From assembly GCF_009914755.1 (NCBI RefSeq), contig NC_060946.1: a DNA stretch of 64,000 nt; one strand, given 5' to 3'. A program made the position numbers and the translations under genes. The notes beneath the pieces were generated by a model that was not told the origin of the DNA, ran no database searches, and saw only the letters and a program-made list of their open reading frames with translations. Source of the stretch: the human T2T-CHM13v2.0 reference genome, Homo sapiens. Below, piece by piece: positions 52,201-64,000 of the stretch. How positions within the stretch are numbered: position 1 is the stretch's first letter; each line of letters begins with the position of its first letter.

Positions 52201-55200
52201 CCTTCCCTGGTGGGCCTGTGGTCAGCCCCTGCCCCCAGGCGCCAGCCCCAGGTTCAGAGCCTGTTGCAGGCAGACATCAGTGAAGACCAAAGCACAACCT
52301 AGGGAAGAAGTGTTGGTCTCCACTCAATTCCTGGTGCCCCACACCACTCCAGGCTGCAAGCAGATCTGAGTTGCCTCCCAGCAGGTAAACAAGCCCCAGG
52401 ACTGTCCACACAGGGTGTTCCTGCCTACCTTCTCTCATCAGGGCCAGGGAACATGGGGATAGGAAGAGCTGGTTTGTAATAGCCTCACTCCTTCCCCCAA
52501 GTCAGTCCCATATCACCTTCTCCCCTCTCAGGACCAGTTGTGACCAATTTTCATGCCACCGCTGCTTGTCCCTTTGCTCACACTTCAAGGAGCATAATAC
52601 CTGCTGTGTGCCAGGCCCTGGGCCAGCTGTGTGGTCCAAAAGGGCTCAGGTCCACAGGCCAGCCTGCAAGCCTGGATTAGTAGTCACCTTTCAAAGAGGT
52701 GCTAGGAAGTAAAGTGACTTGGCCATGGTCCTATCACTAGTCTGTGCTGGAGGAGGGGTGTGTACTTCACTATGTATAGTGTGGAAGCCCATGCGTTGTG
52801 ACTGGTAGCCTCAAGTCAGGGGCCCCCTGGTTCCTACACCGGGATTGGCCCAGCTGTCCTAGACAGGAGTGTTATCTGAATGGCCCATTGGCTGGATGGG
52901 GAGGATGGAATTAGGTAGCAGTGGGCAGGGGGATGTGGGCATCTAGCCCTACCATAGGAGGTGAGGCTGGGATTCCAGACTGAGAGGGAACCAGTGCTAG
53001 GCTGTGGCATCAAGCAGGGATTCCCTTGGGTTGCGGGACTACACTGTCTGCTAGCCTGAGCCCCCACCCCCTTTTGGTGTGGCTCCAACTGGCTGGCTAG
53101 CTGGGTTGTACCATTTTTCCTTGGTAGCCTACAGGCGTGTCCTGGGCTGGGGCTCTTGAGGCTGAGAGCAGTGACAATGGAGGATGCTACCCTGCCTGCA
53201 GTGCCACAGCAGCTGGGCCTGGCTGTGCCTGGCCTTGTTGGGGGCCTGGCAGAGAGTAGCGGCCCATAGTAGCAGTGGCAGGACCAGCACTTATTGGGGG
53301 CTTGATCGGGGGGTGCCTCCTTAGGTGACATAGCATGTCCGTGAGGCTTAGGTACTATTATCATCCTCATTGTACAGACGGGGAAGTTGTTACCAATAGG
53401 CTCTGCAGGCTGGGAAAACCAAAGCCCTTTTCTACCCTCTGCCCCCTGGGCCATCAGAGGCCTCGCTCTTCCCCTTGGACAGCAGTGCTTATGGCTGTTT
53501 TCAGGCCCTGGGCCAGCTGTGTGGTCAAAAGGGGCTCAGGTCAGTGCCACTCCCCAACTGGTTGGCTGCTCTGGGTGCCGGGAGAGAATGCTGCCAAAGG
53601 GATGCTTGTCAAGTGCTTGTCTTCTGCAGCAGCAATTGCCAGTATTCCTGACACAGTGGGCCAGGGCCCCATGGGAGCCTGGTGCTATTGTGTCCCTTTG
53701 AACAAGGTGCAGAAGCCTAGGGAATAATGGCCCAAGATCACAAGCTAGCAAGTGGCCAGGCTACCATTCAAGGTCTGTCTGAATCCAAGGCCTGCACTCT
53801 CAGCCACTATGTCGTTGGAAATTCAGAGGTCACATCTAAGCTCTCTGTTCCAGCAGTGATGTCTGCTGTGGACATGTGATGGGGAGGGACAGCAAGAGTG
53901 TCAGACTGTGTCCTTGCTCCTCCTTGCCTCTCCAGGAGGTGGACTCTCTTGTCCCTCCCTTGCTTTCACCATCAGAGAGCAGGGCTGAGACCTCCTGGTG
54001 GTGAAGCATTCTGCCCAGCCCTTGGTCACCTGATGGTGCATGTCATCTTCCACTAAGCCATTAGAGAGGCCCACTCTCAAGGGGTGCCCAGGTCCCTAGG
54101 GGAGATGATCAGGTAAACAGAGCACATGATCCAGCAGCCATGGAACCCAGAGCTCACAGTGTCTTTTGAGAAGGCCTGTGGTAGATGGGAAGATCATGGG
54201 CACAGGGGCAGCTGGGCTGCACTGGCCCCAATTTGTAGAAACCACAAGTAAATCTCCTCCACATTTGACTTCCCTCTTTGGGGCCTCACCTGGCACTCTG
54301 TTGCCCCTCCTGCCCACCTCTCCCTCAAGGCCATCCTAGGCCTGTTCAGACTGTTGGTGGAGGCCATTTCCAGTCAGGGCTTTCCTGCCAGGTGTTGCTG
54401 TGCTCCGTGTTGCTGTGCTCAATGTGACTGCACAGCCCAGCCTTCCCCAAGCTTATCTCCAGCCCTGCCCAGGCTAGTGTTGGATCCTGCCTGAGCCCCT
54501 ATGGGAGTCACTTTTGCACATGTGCTTTTGGAGACAGGCCTGCCCCTCCTGGAGCACAGGCCCCATCACCTAAGTGAGCAGACAGTGTGAGAATGACAGG
54601 AGAGTGACGTTAGAGGACATGCCTGTGAAGGACAGAACAGGGCCAGGCTTCTGAGCAGAAGATGCAGCATGAGGCACAGTGTGGGGCACAGACAGTGCCA
54701 CATGCACATCAGGGAGGGCCTCGCAGAGTTGCATGCTATACGCAGTGGTGGGTGGCCAGCTGGCCACCACTGGACCCTGTTTTCCTGGGCCAGGTGCAGT
54801 TTGGTCTTTCTCACAAAGAAAGGGGGACTGAATTGAGGAGCGTCTTCCAGGTGTTGCACTAGCTGCCCTGAATGCACTGGAGGGGCTGGGCTGGGGCTGG
54901 GGCTGGGGCAGAGGCAGCAGGAGCACTGTCAACCCACCATTCCTCAGGGCTCCAAAGTGCTGTGTTTGGCACTTCTACATACAATGGCTTGTTGAATTCT
55001 CATAATTCATGAGATGTAGGTAGTGCCATTGTCCCTGCCTCGCAAATTAAGAAAACGAGACAGGCACACAGCAAGTTTGCACCTGAGCCAGGATTTAGGT
55101 GTTCTGAGCCAGGACCCAGACTGCCTGTGGACTGATGGGATGAGGGGAAGCGGAGTACAAGAGGGCCGAGGAGGTGGGCTTGGGGGACCTGGTGCTCAGC

Positions 55201-56840
55201 CCTGGCACTCTGATGCTCAGATCTGTCGTCCCGTGTGTCTCTGCCTGGTGTGCCAGGCATGTGGCCCTGGGTCTGCGTGCATGCATATGTCTGTCCTCCA
55301 ATGGACAGGGCGCTAGGATGCCTCTGAGGGCAAGCAGTGTCCTCAGTGGAGGATGGACGCAACACAGTAGAGATGCCACTCAAGGCCGTGCTAGGATGGA
55401 AGGGTGCTGCTTATTATCCCACTCTTTCCCCAAGGGTAGTCTCAGCTCCTAATGCGCAATGTCATCTGGTTTTCAGAAGAAATTGGGATTGATTGTGGCT
55501 TTTCCTGGGGTATCCCCATGATAACAAGTCACCAGTGGCTGTAGACATCCCACCCTGGCTGGTGAGGAAATGGGCTGGGCTTCTGCCTCTGGCTCTGCCC
55601 TTGGCTGTGACCTAGGCAGGTCATCTGGCCTCTCTGAGTACCTCCTCTATCACTAAGATTAACTGAGGTATGCAGCAGCCCTTAGGACTGTCAGGGGATC
55701 AAAGGAAACCCAGTCACATAACAGTGGGAATCATAGGACAGAAAAGAAAGAAAAAAGTTTAAATTGAGGAAATAAGAGCTACTTGGCTGTAGTAGGAATT
55801 GCTGCACTAGCACTATTTTTAGCATTGCTGAGATGATCTATGGGCCAGTTGCACAAGCAGAGTAAACAAAAGAAACACTTCAAGTTCTCCAGGGAAAAAA
55901 GGTCCTGTTTTTAAGAGTCTTAAAAGAGTTAGCAAACTTGTGTGGATTCTAAATGTATCCCCGAGCTCTCCTTCCTTCCCACATCCTGGGCTCTGCAAGC
56001 TTTGTGGAACTTCACAGCTTCCGGCTTGCACAGCCCCCGTGTTCAGCCTGGAGCAGGTCTGAAGGCCGCCCTGTCTGGGGAGGGGCAAGCCTGAGAGGCA
56101 GCAGGTGGAGAGGGGGTGCTTCCTGCCTGAGAAGCTACAGTGTGTCCTCACCAGTAGGAGAGGTCAGTAGGAGGAAGTACACACAGAGGAGTGGCAGGGA
56201 CAAGGCCACAGGTTACCCAGGCCCCTGCCCTGACAGGACCACAGCAAAAGCCAGGCCACCTGCATTCACAGTTAGAATTTTTAAAAAAATAATTAAATAA
56301 ATAAAATGTAAGCAGCCTTTAGACCATCGTTCCTGGTATAAATTATTTTCTGGCTATCCGGAGACAGTTTTCATCTCCAGATGTGGATTCAAAATTCTGG
56401 CAAAGCCAGGATGCTTGGGCAGAGGAAGATGATCTTGTTAAGCCCTTAGCATTCATGATCCCATGGAATCCCCATGACCATCCTGCTAGGAGGTGCAGAA
56501 TCTCTGCAGACAGCGCACTCATGACTTGCCTAAGGTCATATAGCCAGTAAGTGGCAGAGCCCAGACTGGGAACCCATGTCCCTTGGGCCAGCCTCCATGC
56601 CGGAGTTTCTGCCCAGCCTATCAGAAGCAGCTGCTATTTTTTCCCTAGTGGGATGCCAGTGTTTGTATATACATCCACCACCTCAGCCCACAGCCCCCTC
56701 TGCCCCCAGCTGCCCTGGGTATTCAGTCAGGAGCTCGCTGTTTAACATTCCTGAATAGAGGAGCATTTTTCAGCATGAACTTCATTTCCCACCACAAGTT
56801 ATTTTTCAGAGGTTTGTTCTTGGAATGTATCCCAGCAGCA

Positions 56841-57066
56841 CCTCCCTCCCTCCCTCTCTCCCTGCCTCCCTCCCTCCGTCCCTGCCTCCCTCCCTCCCTC
56901 CCTGCCTCCCTGCCTCTCTGCCTCCCTCCCTCCCTCCCTCCTCTCCTCCCTCCCTCCCTGCCTCCCTCCCTCCCTGCTTCCCTGCCTCCCTCCCTCCGTT
57001 CCTCCCTTCCTTCCTTCCCTCCACCTCTCCTTCCCTCCTCTTTCTTTTCTTTTCTTTCTTTCTTTC
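56841..57066. repeat. (CCCT)n/(CCTT)n/(CTTT)n polypyrimidine tract
   Basis: About 225 nt, almost purely C/T, abutting an antisense Alu tail. Confidence 0.95.
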
Positions 57067-57356
57067 TTTTTTTTTTGAGACAGGGCTTCACTGTGTCATC
57101 CAGGCTGAAGTGCAGTGGCTTGCGTGATCACAGCTCACTAAATCTCGACCTCCCATGCTCAAGTGATCCTGCTGCCCTAGCCTCCCAAGTAGCTGGGGCT
57201 GCAGATGTGCCCCACCACACCCAGCGCACATCTTTTTTTGAGGGACAGGTCTCATTATGTTGCCCAGGATGGTGTCAAACTCCTGGGCTCAAGCAATACT
57301 TCTTCCTTAGCCTCCCAAAGTGCTGGGATTACAGGCATGAGCCAGTGTGCCTGGCC
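57067..57356 (-). mobile_element. AluJ-like element
   Basis: Reverse-complement Alu. Confidence 0.92.
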
Positions 57357-60300
57357 CTAGCTGCATCTTTCTCAGGCCTGTGTGTGGCGGTCTCAGCTTG
57401 GGCAGAGCTTCCTGTTCTACATGCTTTGTCCTCGTAGGACACTGCTCTGGGCCCAGGTGCACTGTCTGCAGGGGGAGGTACACTTGCAAGCGGAGGTGTG
57501 GGACCTTCAGCAAGGCTTTGGAAAGTAGACTGAGCAGGTGGCCCACTCACATTCAGGAAAGCCTGGGCAAAGGCAGAGTCTGGGTGTGAGCAGGCAGGAA
57601 GAGGCTGAGGGAGGGCTGTGGCCACAAGAAGCTGCAGGACCTGGCAGGGGCAGGGACTACAAGCACCCCATCTTGGGACCAAAAGGAGGAGGGGGTTGCT
57701 GTTAGAAGTTTCCCTCTTGAGAGAAGACTTGGCAGTGCCACCACTACACTGTCCTCTCAGCCCACAGAGCACTGGGTGCTCACTCCACATGGGTATTGCC
57801 CGTGGAAGTCCAAGCAAGGGGCCCAGGTGGTACCTCCCATGGCCCAGAGATGGACAATGTTTGAGCTGTTCCAATAGAAGAGTGTGTCTTTATGGCAGGG
57901 CCATATGGATTCATTCTCATGGCAGCCAAGAGCCTGGGGCTACCCCAGACTCTCTAAGGGCCCTGGCTGACTTTTGAGCCCCAGAGTTAAAGGGCACAAG
58001 CAGTCCTGAGGGCTCCCATCCTTTGCTGTGCATGTCATTAGGGTTGCCCTCTGTGGCAGGAGCCTCAGTAGGTGTGGCTGGGACTTGTAGACAGCAGGAG
58101 GGGCTCTGAAGACCATAGCACCTGGTCGAAGTCCAGCATAATCCTCTGATCTTCCCTGTTTGCCTGCTCCCAGTGTGGACACTGCCCTGTCCTCAGAATT
58201 TAGTCCTGCTGTGACTTCCTGGTCTTGGCCCCTTTTACCTTAGTTTCTCCATTTCCAAAGGTGGGCCAGTTGGATGATATCAGTGGTTTTCCAGTCCTTT
58301 TTCCAAAAGAAGCCTTTCTGTCATGCCCAAATGGAAAACAGATGAAAGGGCAGCTGTTCCAGCAGAGGCAGGAAGGGCCAGGCCCCACCCGCTCAGGCTG
58401 CACCCCCCTGCAGCCTAGGCTCCTGAGCAGGCCGGGTGTGAGCCCAGCGGAGGCTGTGGGCTCTCCTCTGCCCTGCCACCAGCGGCCATCCCAGAGAAGT
58501 CAACCCTTAGGTCAGTGGCCAGCCTCCTTTCTGGGGTGGCTTCAGTCTGGAAATTTGCCCTCTTTCCCTTTCTCTTCCCTTTTTCCTCCCTCTGCTTTCC
58601 CCCAACCCCACACACAACTTTTTTCCTATTTGGCAAGTTTGACCAAGTTGCATCTGAGAGAGCTGCATTGGGATTGAAATCCAAAAGCAGAGCTTGGTGC
58701 CTGATTACCATGATGACAGGCTGCAGCTGACAAGTGCTCCTGGGGACCAAGAGGAACAGACCAAGGACTCCCTCACACATGGGCCTCTGTGATGGGTGTC
58801 CTATACCCACCTGTGAGCCCGGTGAGGATCACCCCAGCCAGCCTCAGGCTCCAATCCTGACCTGAGTGGCTTTGAGCAAGCTGGTCAGTGTTTGTCAGCC
58901 TCAGTTTCTTTATCTGCAAAGTGGGGTTGACCAGACCCACCTCTTAGAGTTATGGGGAGGGTCACGTGAGAACACTCTGGGAAAGCATGTTACTACCATG
59001 GGCCCCCAGGGCCTGCCCGGCACACAACACTGCCATTGTGTCCAGGGGACTTGTGATAGGGAAAAGGACCATGGATAAAGGCAGACATGCTACAGATAGG
59101 CTCACTGAGGTCAGTGGGGGAGAAGGTGAGATGGATCAGGGCCAATTGAGAAGGCCACATGAAGGAATCGTAGGAATTTGATTTATTCAAAATACAAGTT
59201 TTGAAATGCTGATCTCTAAATATGAGTAAATAGTCTAGAATTAAGTTAGGTCAGAGCAGGTAGAGCCTCATGGCTCTTCCCCGTGGACTCCACCCCATCA
59301 CTGGGCACATCACTGGAGAACTATAGAGTTCTCCAAACTCCCTTGCTGCATAGGGATATTGAGTCATTTGTTTAGACTGCTCAGAGCCTGCTATTGGGAA
59401 CCCCAGGCTGGAGAAAGCACACAGCAAGAACTGGCCACCATAGGTCCAGCTCTGAGCTTTATTTCCAGGGAGGAGCCTACCTGGCTATATTCAGAGGAGG
59501 GGTGGAGGAGCCTTGGACTCCAGGCCATGCCTCGGCTTAGGCCCAGACTCCATACAGCCCAGCCAGGCAGGCACATGAGGCCTCGGCCTGATGGGGAAGG
59601 AACCTGGCCCTGCCTCACGGGTGTGGGGCACCAAAAGAGGCTGCGTTGTGGAGGCCTTTGACATGGAAGGCTGGCTCCCAAGGGCTACAGATGAGGAGCT
59701 CCTCTCCTGGGAGACAGGAGATAACTGTGCTTCGGGAAACAGTGGTAAGAGGGAGGGCTCCAACTGCTGGGAGCCCACCGCCCTTAGCTTTACTTTTTGT
59801 GAGGCTGGTTATGAGCACCACTTCCAGCTCTTAGCAGGTGCCCTGAGTGTACTACTGTGTGAGTCTCAGGGCGCTGCAGGTACAGGAAAGAGGTGGCTGC
59901 CAGTCCTCAGCAAGTGTGCTTGGGAGCTCTCCTGGAGGCCTGCGCTGACCTTGCAGTTGGCCAGATTGTCAGACAGACTCAGTAGAAGGCATTCCAGGAG
60001 GGAAAACCAAGAGAGGCAGTTTGCAGCGTGAGGGTCCCTCATGGGGTGGAGGGAGGCAGCAGTGGGGAGGGCAGACTAGGCCAGTCCTGAAGGGCTGCCT
60101 GCCACCACCATCAGCAGGCCGGCTCTGTTCTAGGCAGTGAAACCACCTCGGGGTGTGGAGGCCCGAGTGCTGTGGCTGCTGGAGGGAGCTCTGAGAGCAG
60201 CGGACTGCATAGCTTAGAGTGCAAGCCTAGGACAGGACAGGGGGCTAGAGAGACCAAGAGAGTGCTGAGGTGGGATTGAGAAGACCCCAAACCCTGGTGG

Positions 60301-62097
60301 CTGAGAGAGTACGTTTTGGCCACAGATAATCAGAGGCACTTCTGGCTCCGCTGGTGGAAGAGTGCTGGGTTTGGAGTTAGACCTAGGCTAAATTCTGCTA
60401 TTCTCCAGTGGGAGCATCTTGTCAGTGTGGGAGCTGGTCCGAACCAGTGACCCTCTTCCTGGCAGATGGACCCTGTCCCATTCCCTCACATAAGGGGTGG
60501 GAGGCCTTGGTGCCGTAATGGAGGGTGCTATGCTTGGGTCAAGTCTTTCTGGTCACATCTCAAATTTGTCCCTCTAGTTTGGGGGTGACTCTGTAGGGCA
60601 AGCATGGGCAAGTTTGTTCCCTTTCTGAGGCAACACAGGGGATTGAAGGATTTCTCCCTAGAGCTGTCATGAGGCAGTAAGAGGTAGTGGGATGTGAGCC
60701 TACTTGGGAACCCGAACGCCCTTGGAGGTACCAGCTCTGCCTAGGACCTCACCTCTGGCTCGTGGTCAGGCTAACCCATGCTACCAGAGTGCCTGTTCCC
60801 GCTACCTGTTCAGCTTGGCCCCCTCCCTGCACAAAGGGGGTCTATCTGACAAAGATCCTGTGCAGGCCGTCCAGGGAGGACACCTGGCACAGACCATGGC
60901 AACTGCCACCATTCATGGCCTGAAACCACAGTTTGGTTCCAAGGAATTCTCCCTGCCCCCATTGCTTCCCCATGACCTTCCCTACCTTGCAGCCTAGCCA
61001 GAGGAGCCAGATCCCCACAAGCCCACAAAAGCCATTTTTTAGGGACCAGGGGTCAGAAGATGGATCGACTGCCCTACTTTTCTCCATGTGAATGTCAGAT
61101 GTGGCTTTTCTAAGATCCGGGCTCCCCTCCTGAGATGAAACAGAAGCAGCTCAGCAGTCTTCCAAAGAGTGGGCTATTCTAGAAGCCTGGGCAGCAAGGT
61201 GGGGGTGGGGCTCAGAGGGGCCCAGTATAAGCATCCTATTGCCTCAGGGAGGCTCTTGATTCCATCAGATCACACTTCAGGCCTCAGCTCACACCAAGAG
61301 GCCTTGGAGCCTGCTGGCCAGTCTTCTCTGCCCAATCTGTTCCCCAGATTCCCTGCAACCCCTCTCTCTCCACAAAGGTCCTCACCCAGATATGGTACCC
61401 ACTGCCACACGCACCCCCTTTGCATGCACTGCCTACCCACCTCTTGCCCTCCTCATTCTCCTGTCTGTCCTAGGCCCCTGCCATCCTCACCTTCCTCCAG
61501 TGGCCCATCCTTCCTCCACTCAGTCCTCCAGGCTGTGGCTGGGTCACTGCCCATCCACAAGAGCCCTGGTATTGGTGACTAAGATCCCAGTTCTGCCTCC
61601 TGGTGATGGAGAACTGTGGGGACAGCCATCTTGGGGCATCTTTTCCCCTTCAGTAGGGCACTGGTAGCAACAACAGCCCTGTGCACACCAGGTGCCGCAT
61701 GTGCCGTCCCCGTGGATGTGCACGTGATCCAGGCACAGCTGTCCACTGAGATGGAGGCAGCCCCAGACTGAGGGACAGGGATCCTTGAGTCGATCCCTGC
61801 TGTGGCTGACCCAGGAAGGTCATTTCTGTCTTCCTCATCTCTGCGTCCTCACTCATGGCTCACACAGAGCATTTGGACTCAGTGACATCTAAAGTTCAGC
61901 ACAGGCTGGACAATTTCTGAGTAGCAGAAGCTCTAGCCTGCAAGAATCAAGTGGAGCTGTGGGCATCTGGACAGGATGGTTTTTGGGGGTCTGTGGGTCT
62001 AGGGAGGAGAAACGCACTTCACTCTGTCTCGACCGTTGGGGAAAGGAGAGGAAACTGGCTGACTCGGAACTGTAAGGCTCAGCAGTCTCTGCTGTCA

Positions 62098-62970
<873 letters not shown>

Positions 62971-64000
62971 TCAGAGGCTTGTGTCCTGGACATCCAGGTG
63001 CTTTGTGGGTAATTAGGTCCCACAGGGTTTTCCTGCATAGGGTGCTGACAGTGCCAGTAAGCGCAGCTCTTTGAGCCCAGAGAATCCTCAAGGATCAGGG
63101 CAGGCAGTCTCACCAGCCTCTGATTGTCATAGCACTATCACATGACGCTCCAGGGACCTCTTGGTATGTACACAAGCACTTCCTGGGGGGTTGGGGGGTG
63201 ACAGGGTAAGGCTCAGCTTAGTGAGGAACCTCCATGCTCAGGGCCTGAGTGTTTTTACCTGTCAGACATGGCAGTATCCATCTGATGGGGCTTTGGAGAG
63301 GGCTGGCACAGATACAGGCACAGAGTGCAGGACATCGTGTGGTGCTGGGAGGGGGACCAAGGAAGCTGGAACCCACAAGGCCTCGGAGCCCAGCTGGGAG
63401 CAACATTCTCCCAGGGAAGTCTCCCCAGAGGCTTTACTCAGCAGAGGCTTAGCACAGAAGCCCTGAGCTCCCCTCTTCCACCACAGGACTCCCTCCTGCT
63501 GTGATAGCCAGGCACTGGGACCCCAAGCTGCCCAGCCCATTCTGAGCCTCAGTGTGTTCATCTGTGCTGGTAGGTGGAGTGGTGCCTGCAGATCCCTTCT
63601 TTGGCAATGTGTCTGAGAGAGCACCTATCCACTCTACTCTTTCTGTGGGAAGGCATGCGCGCTGGGGAGAGCTAGGTGCTGCCCGTGATGGACCTGGAGG
63701 CCTCTGGGATGCAGGGGACTAGTTTCCAGAGAGCCACACACTCACCACAGACAACACACAGTTTCTTCCTGGCCTGGGTGTGATGAGCAGATGTTCTCAG
63801 CTTCCTTTGGTCCAACTTGATCTTACAGGAAGTAGATAAGGTATGAAGTAAGGTCATGAGCTGTGCAAGGTGTGAGTGTCGCTTTGGTCCTCGTGTCTGC
63901 TACAGCCCTGTGGACAGCCGGGAAGAGTGGCCCAACTAGCTCTGGAGCTAGTCGGGCCTTGGGGACAGGTCCCAGCCATAGTGGCCTTATTGCTGTGTGA

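Noticed and set aside
52834-53454. 206-aa ORF on -, and similar 150-190-aa ORFs (32609, 38570, 48705, 49705, 57329)
   Set aside because: No recognisable homology; some overlap MIR/Alu sequence; composition is typical of non-coding frames.
54882-54908. (GGGGCT)n G-quadruplex / switch-like motif
   Set aside because: Only ~4 units; common in GC-rich human DNA.
56288-56307. AATAAA in an A/T run
   Set aside because: No downstream GU-rich element and no upstream terminal-exon acceptor.
56723-57437. Long Pro-rich and Gly/Arg/Glu-rich ORFs (up to 220 aa)
   Set aside because: They are translations of the (CCCT)n tract plus an antisense Alu.
59314-59335. 9-bp-stem hairpin tggagaact-atag-agttctcca
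   Set aside because: Too short for a miRNA or snoRNA and near chance expectation in 64 kb.
61390-61574. Possible cryptic exon after an ~80-nt AG-free C/T tract containing TGCATG
   Set aside because: Only a weak donor (TTG|GTGACT), giving a 101-nt frameshifting exon. The C-richness may reflect a decayed L2.

Overview
This is eukaryotic genomic DNA, and human: it carries a near-intact AluYb8. It is the middle part of CABIN1 (calcineurin-binding protein 1, a HIRA/HUCA histone H3.3 chaperone complex subunit; chr22q11.23 from recall), on the + strand. Six internal coding exons (1193-1453, 5541-5692, 7624-7802, 23180-23362, 28981-29312, 43916-44029) have GT-AG boundaries and splice into one open 1221-nt / 407-codon frame. 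They are probably exons ~24-29 (numbering from memory). No further exon was found after 44029. The rest is intron containing about 18 Alus, old L1/L2/MIR fragments, nested DNA transposons, LTR relics and simple repeats. The best lead is a possible RNA-processing switch in the intron after the 7624-7802 exon, whose donor is weak. It has three parts: (i) an in-frame, CpG-retaining 90-nt exon extension ending at a better donor; (ii) a candidate alternative terminal exon at 12647, preceded by a ~160-nt AG-free pyrimidine/YCAY/YGCY zone and a branch point; (iii) two downstream AATAAA signals. Together these could make a C-terminally truncated CABIN1 lacking the calcineurin- and MEF2-binding tail. 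Also notable: several short dispersed direct duplications (130, 147, ~45 and 41 bp), one with one-sided CpG decay, and a perfect 26-bp VNTR. There are no prokaryotic features or CRISPR arrays. Repeat family names come from recalled consensus sequences, not a database search.
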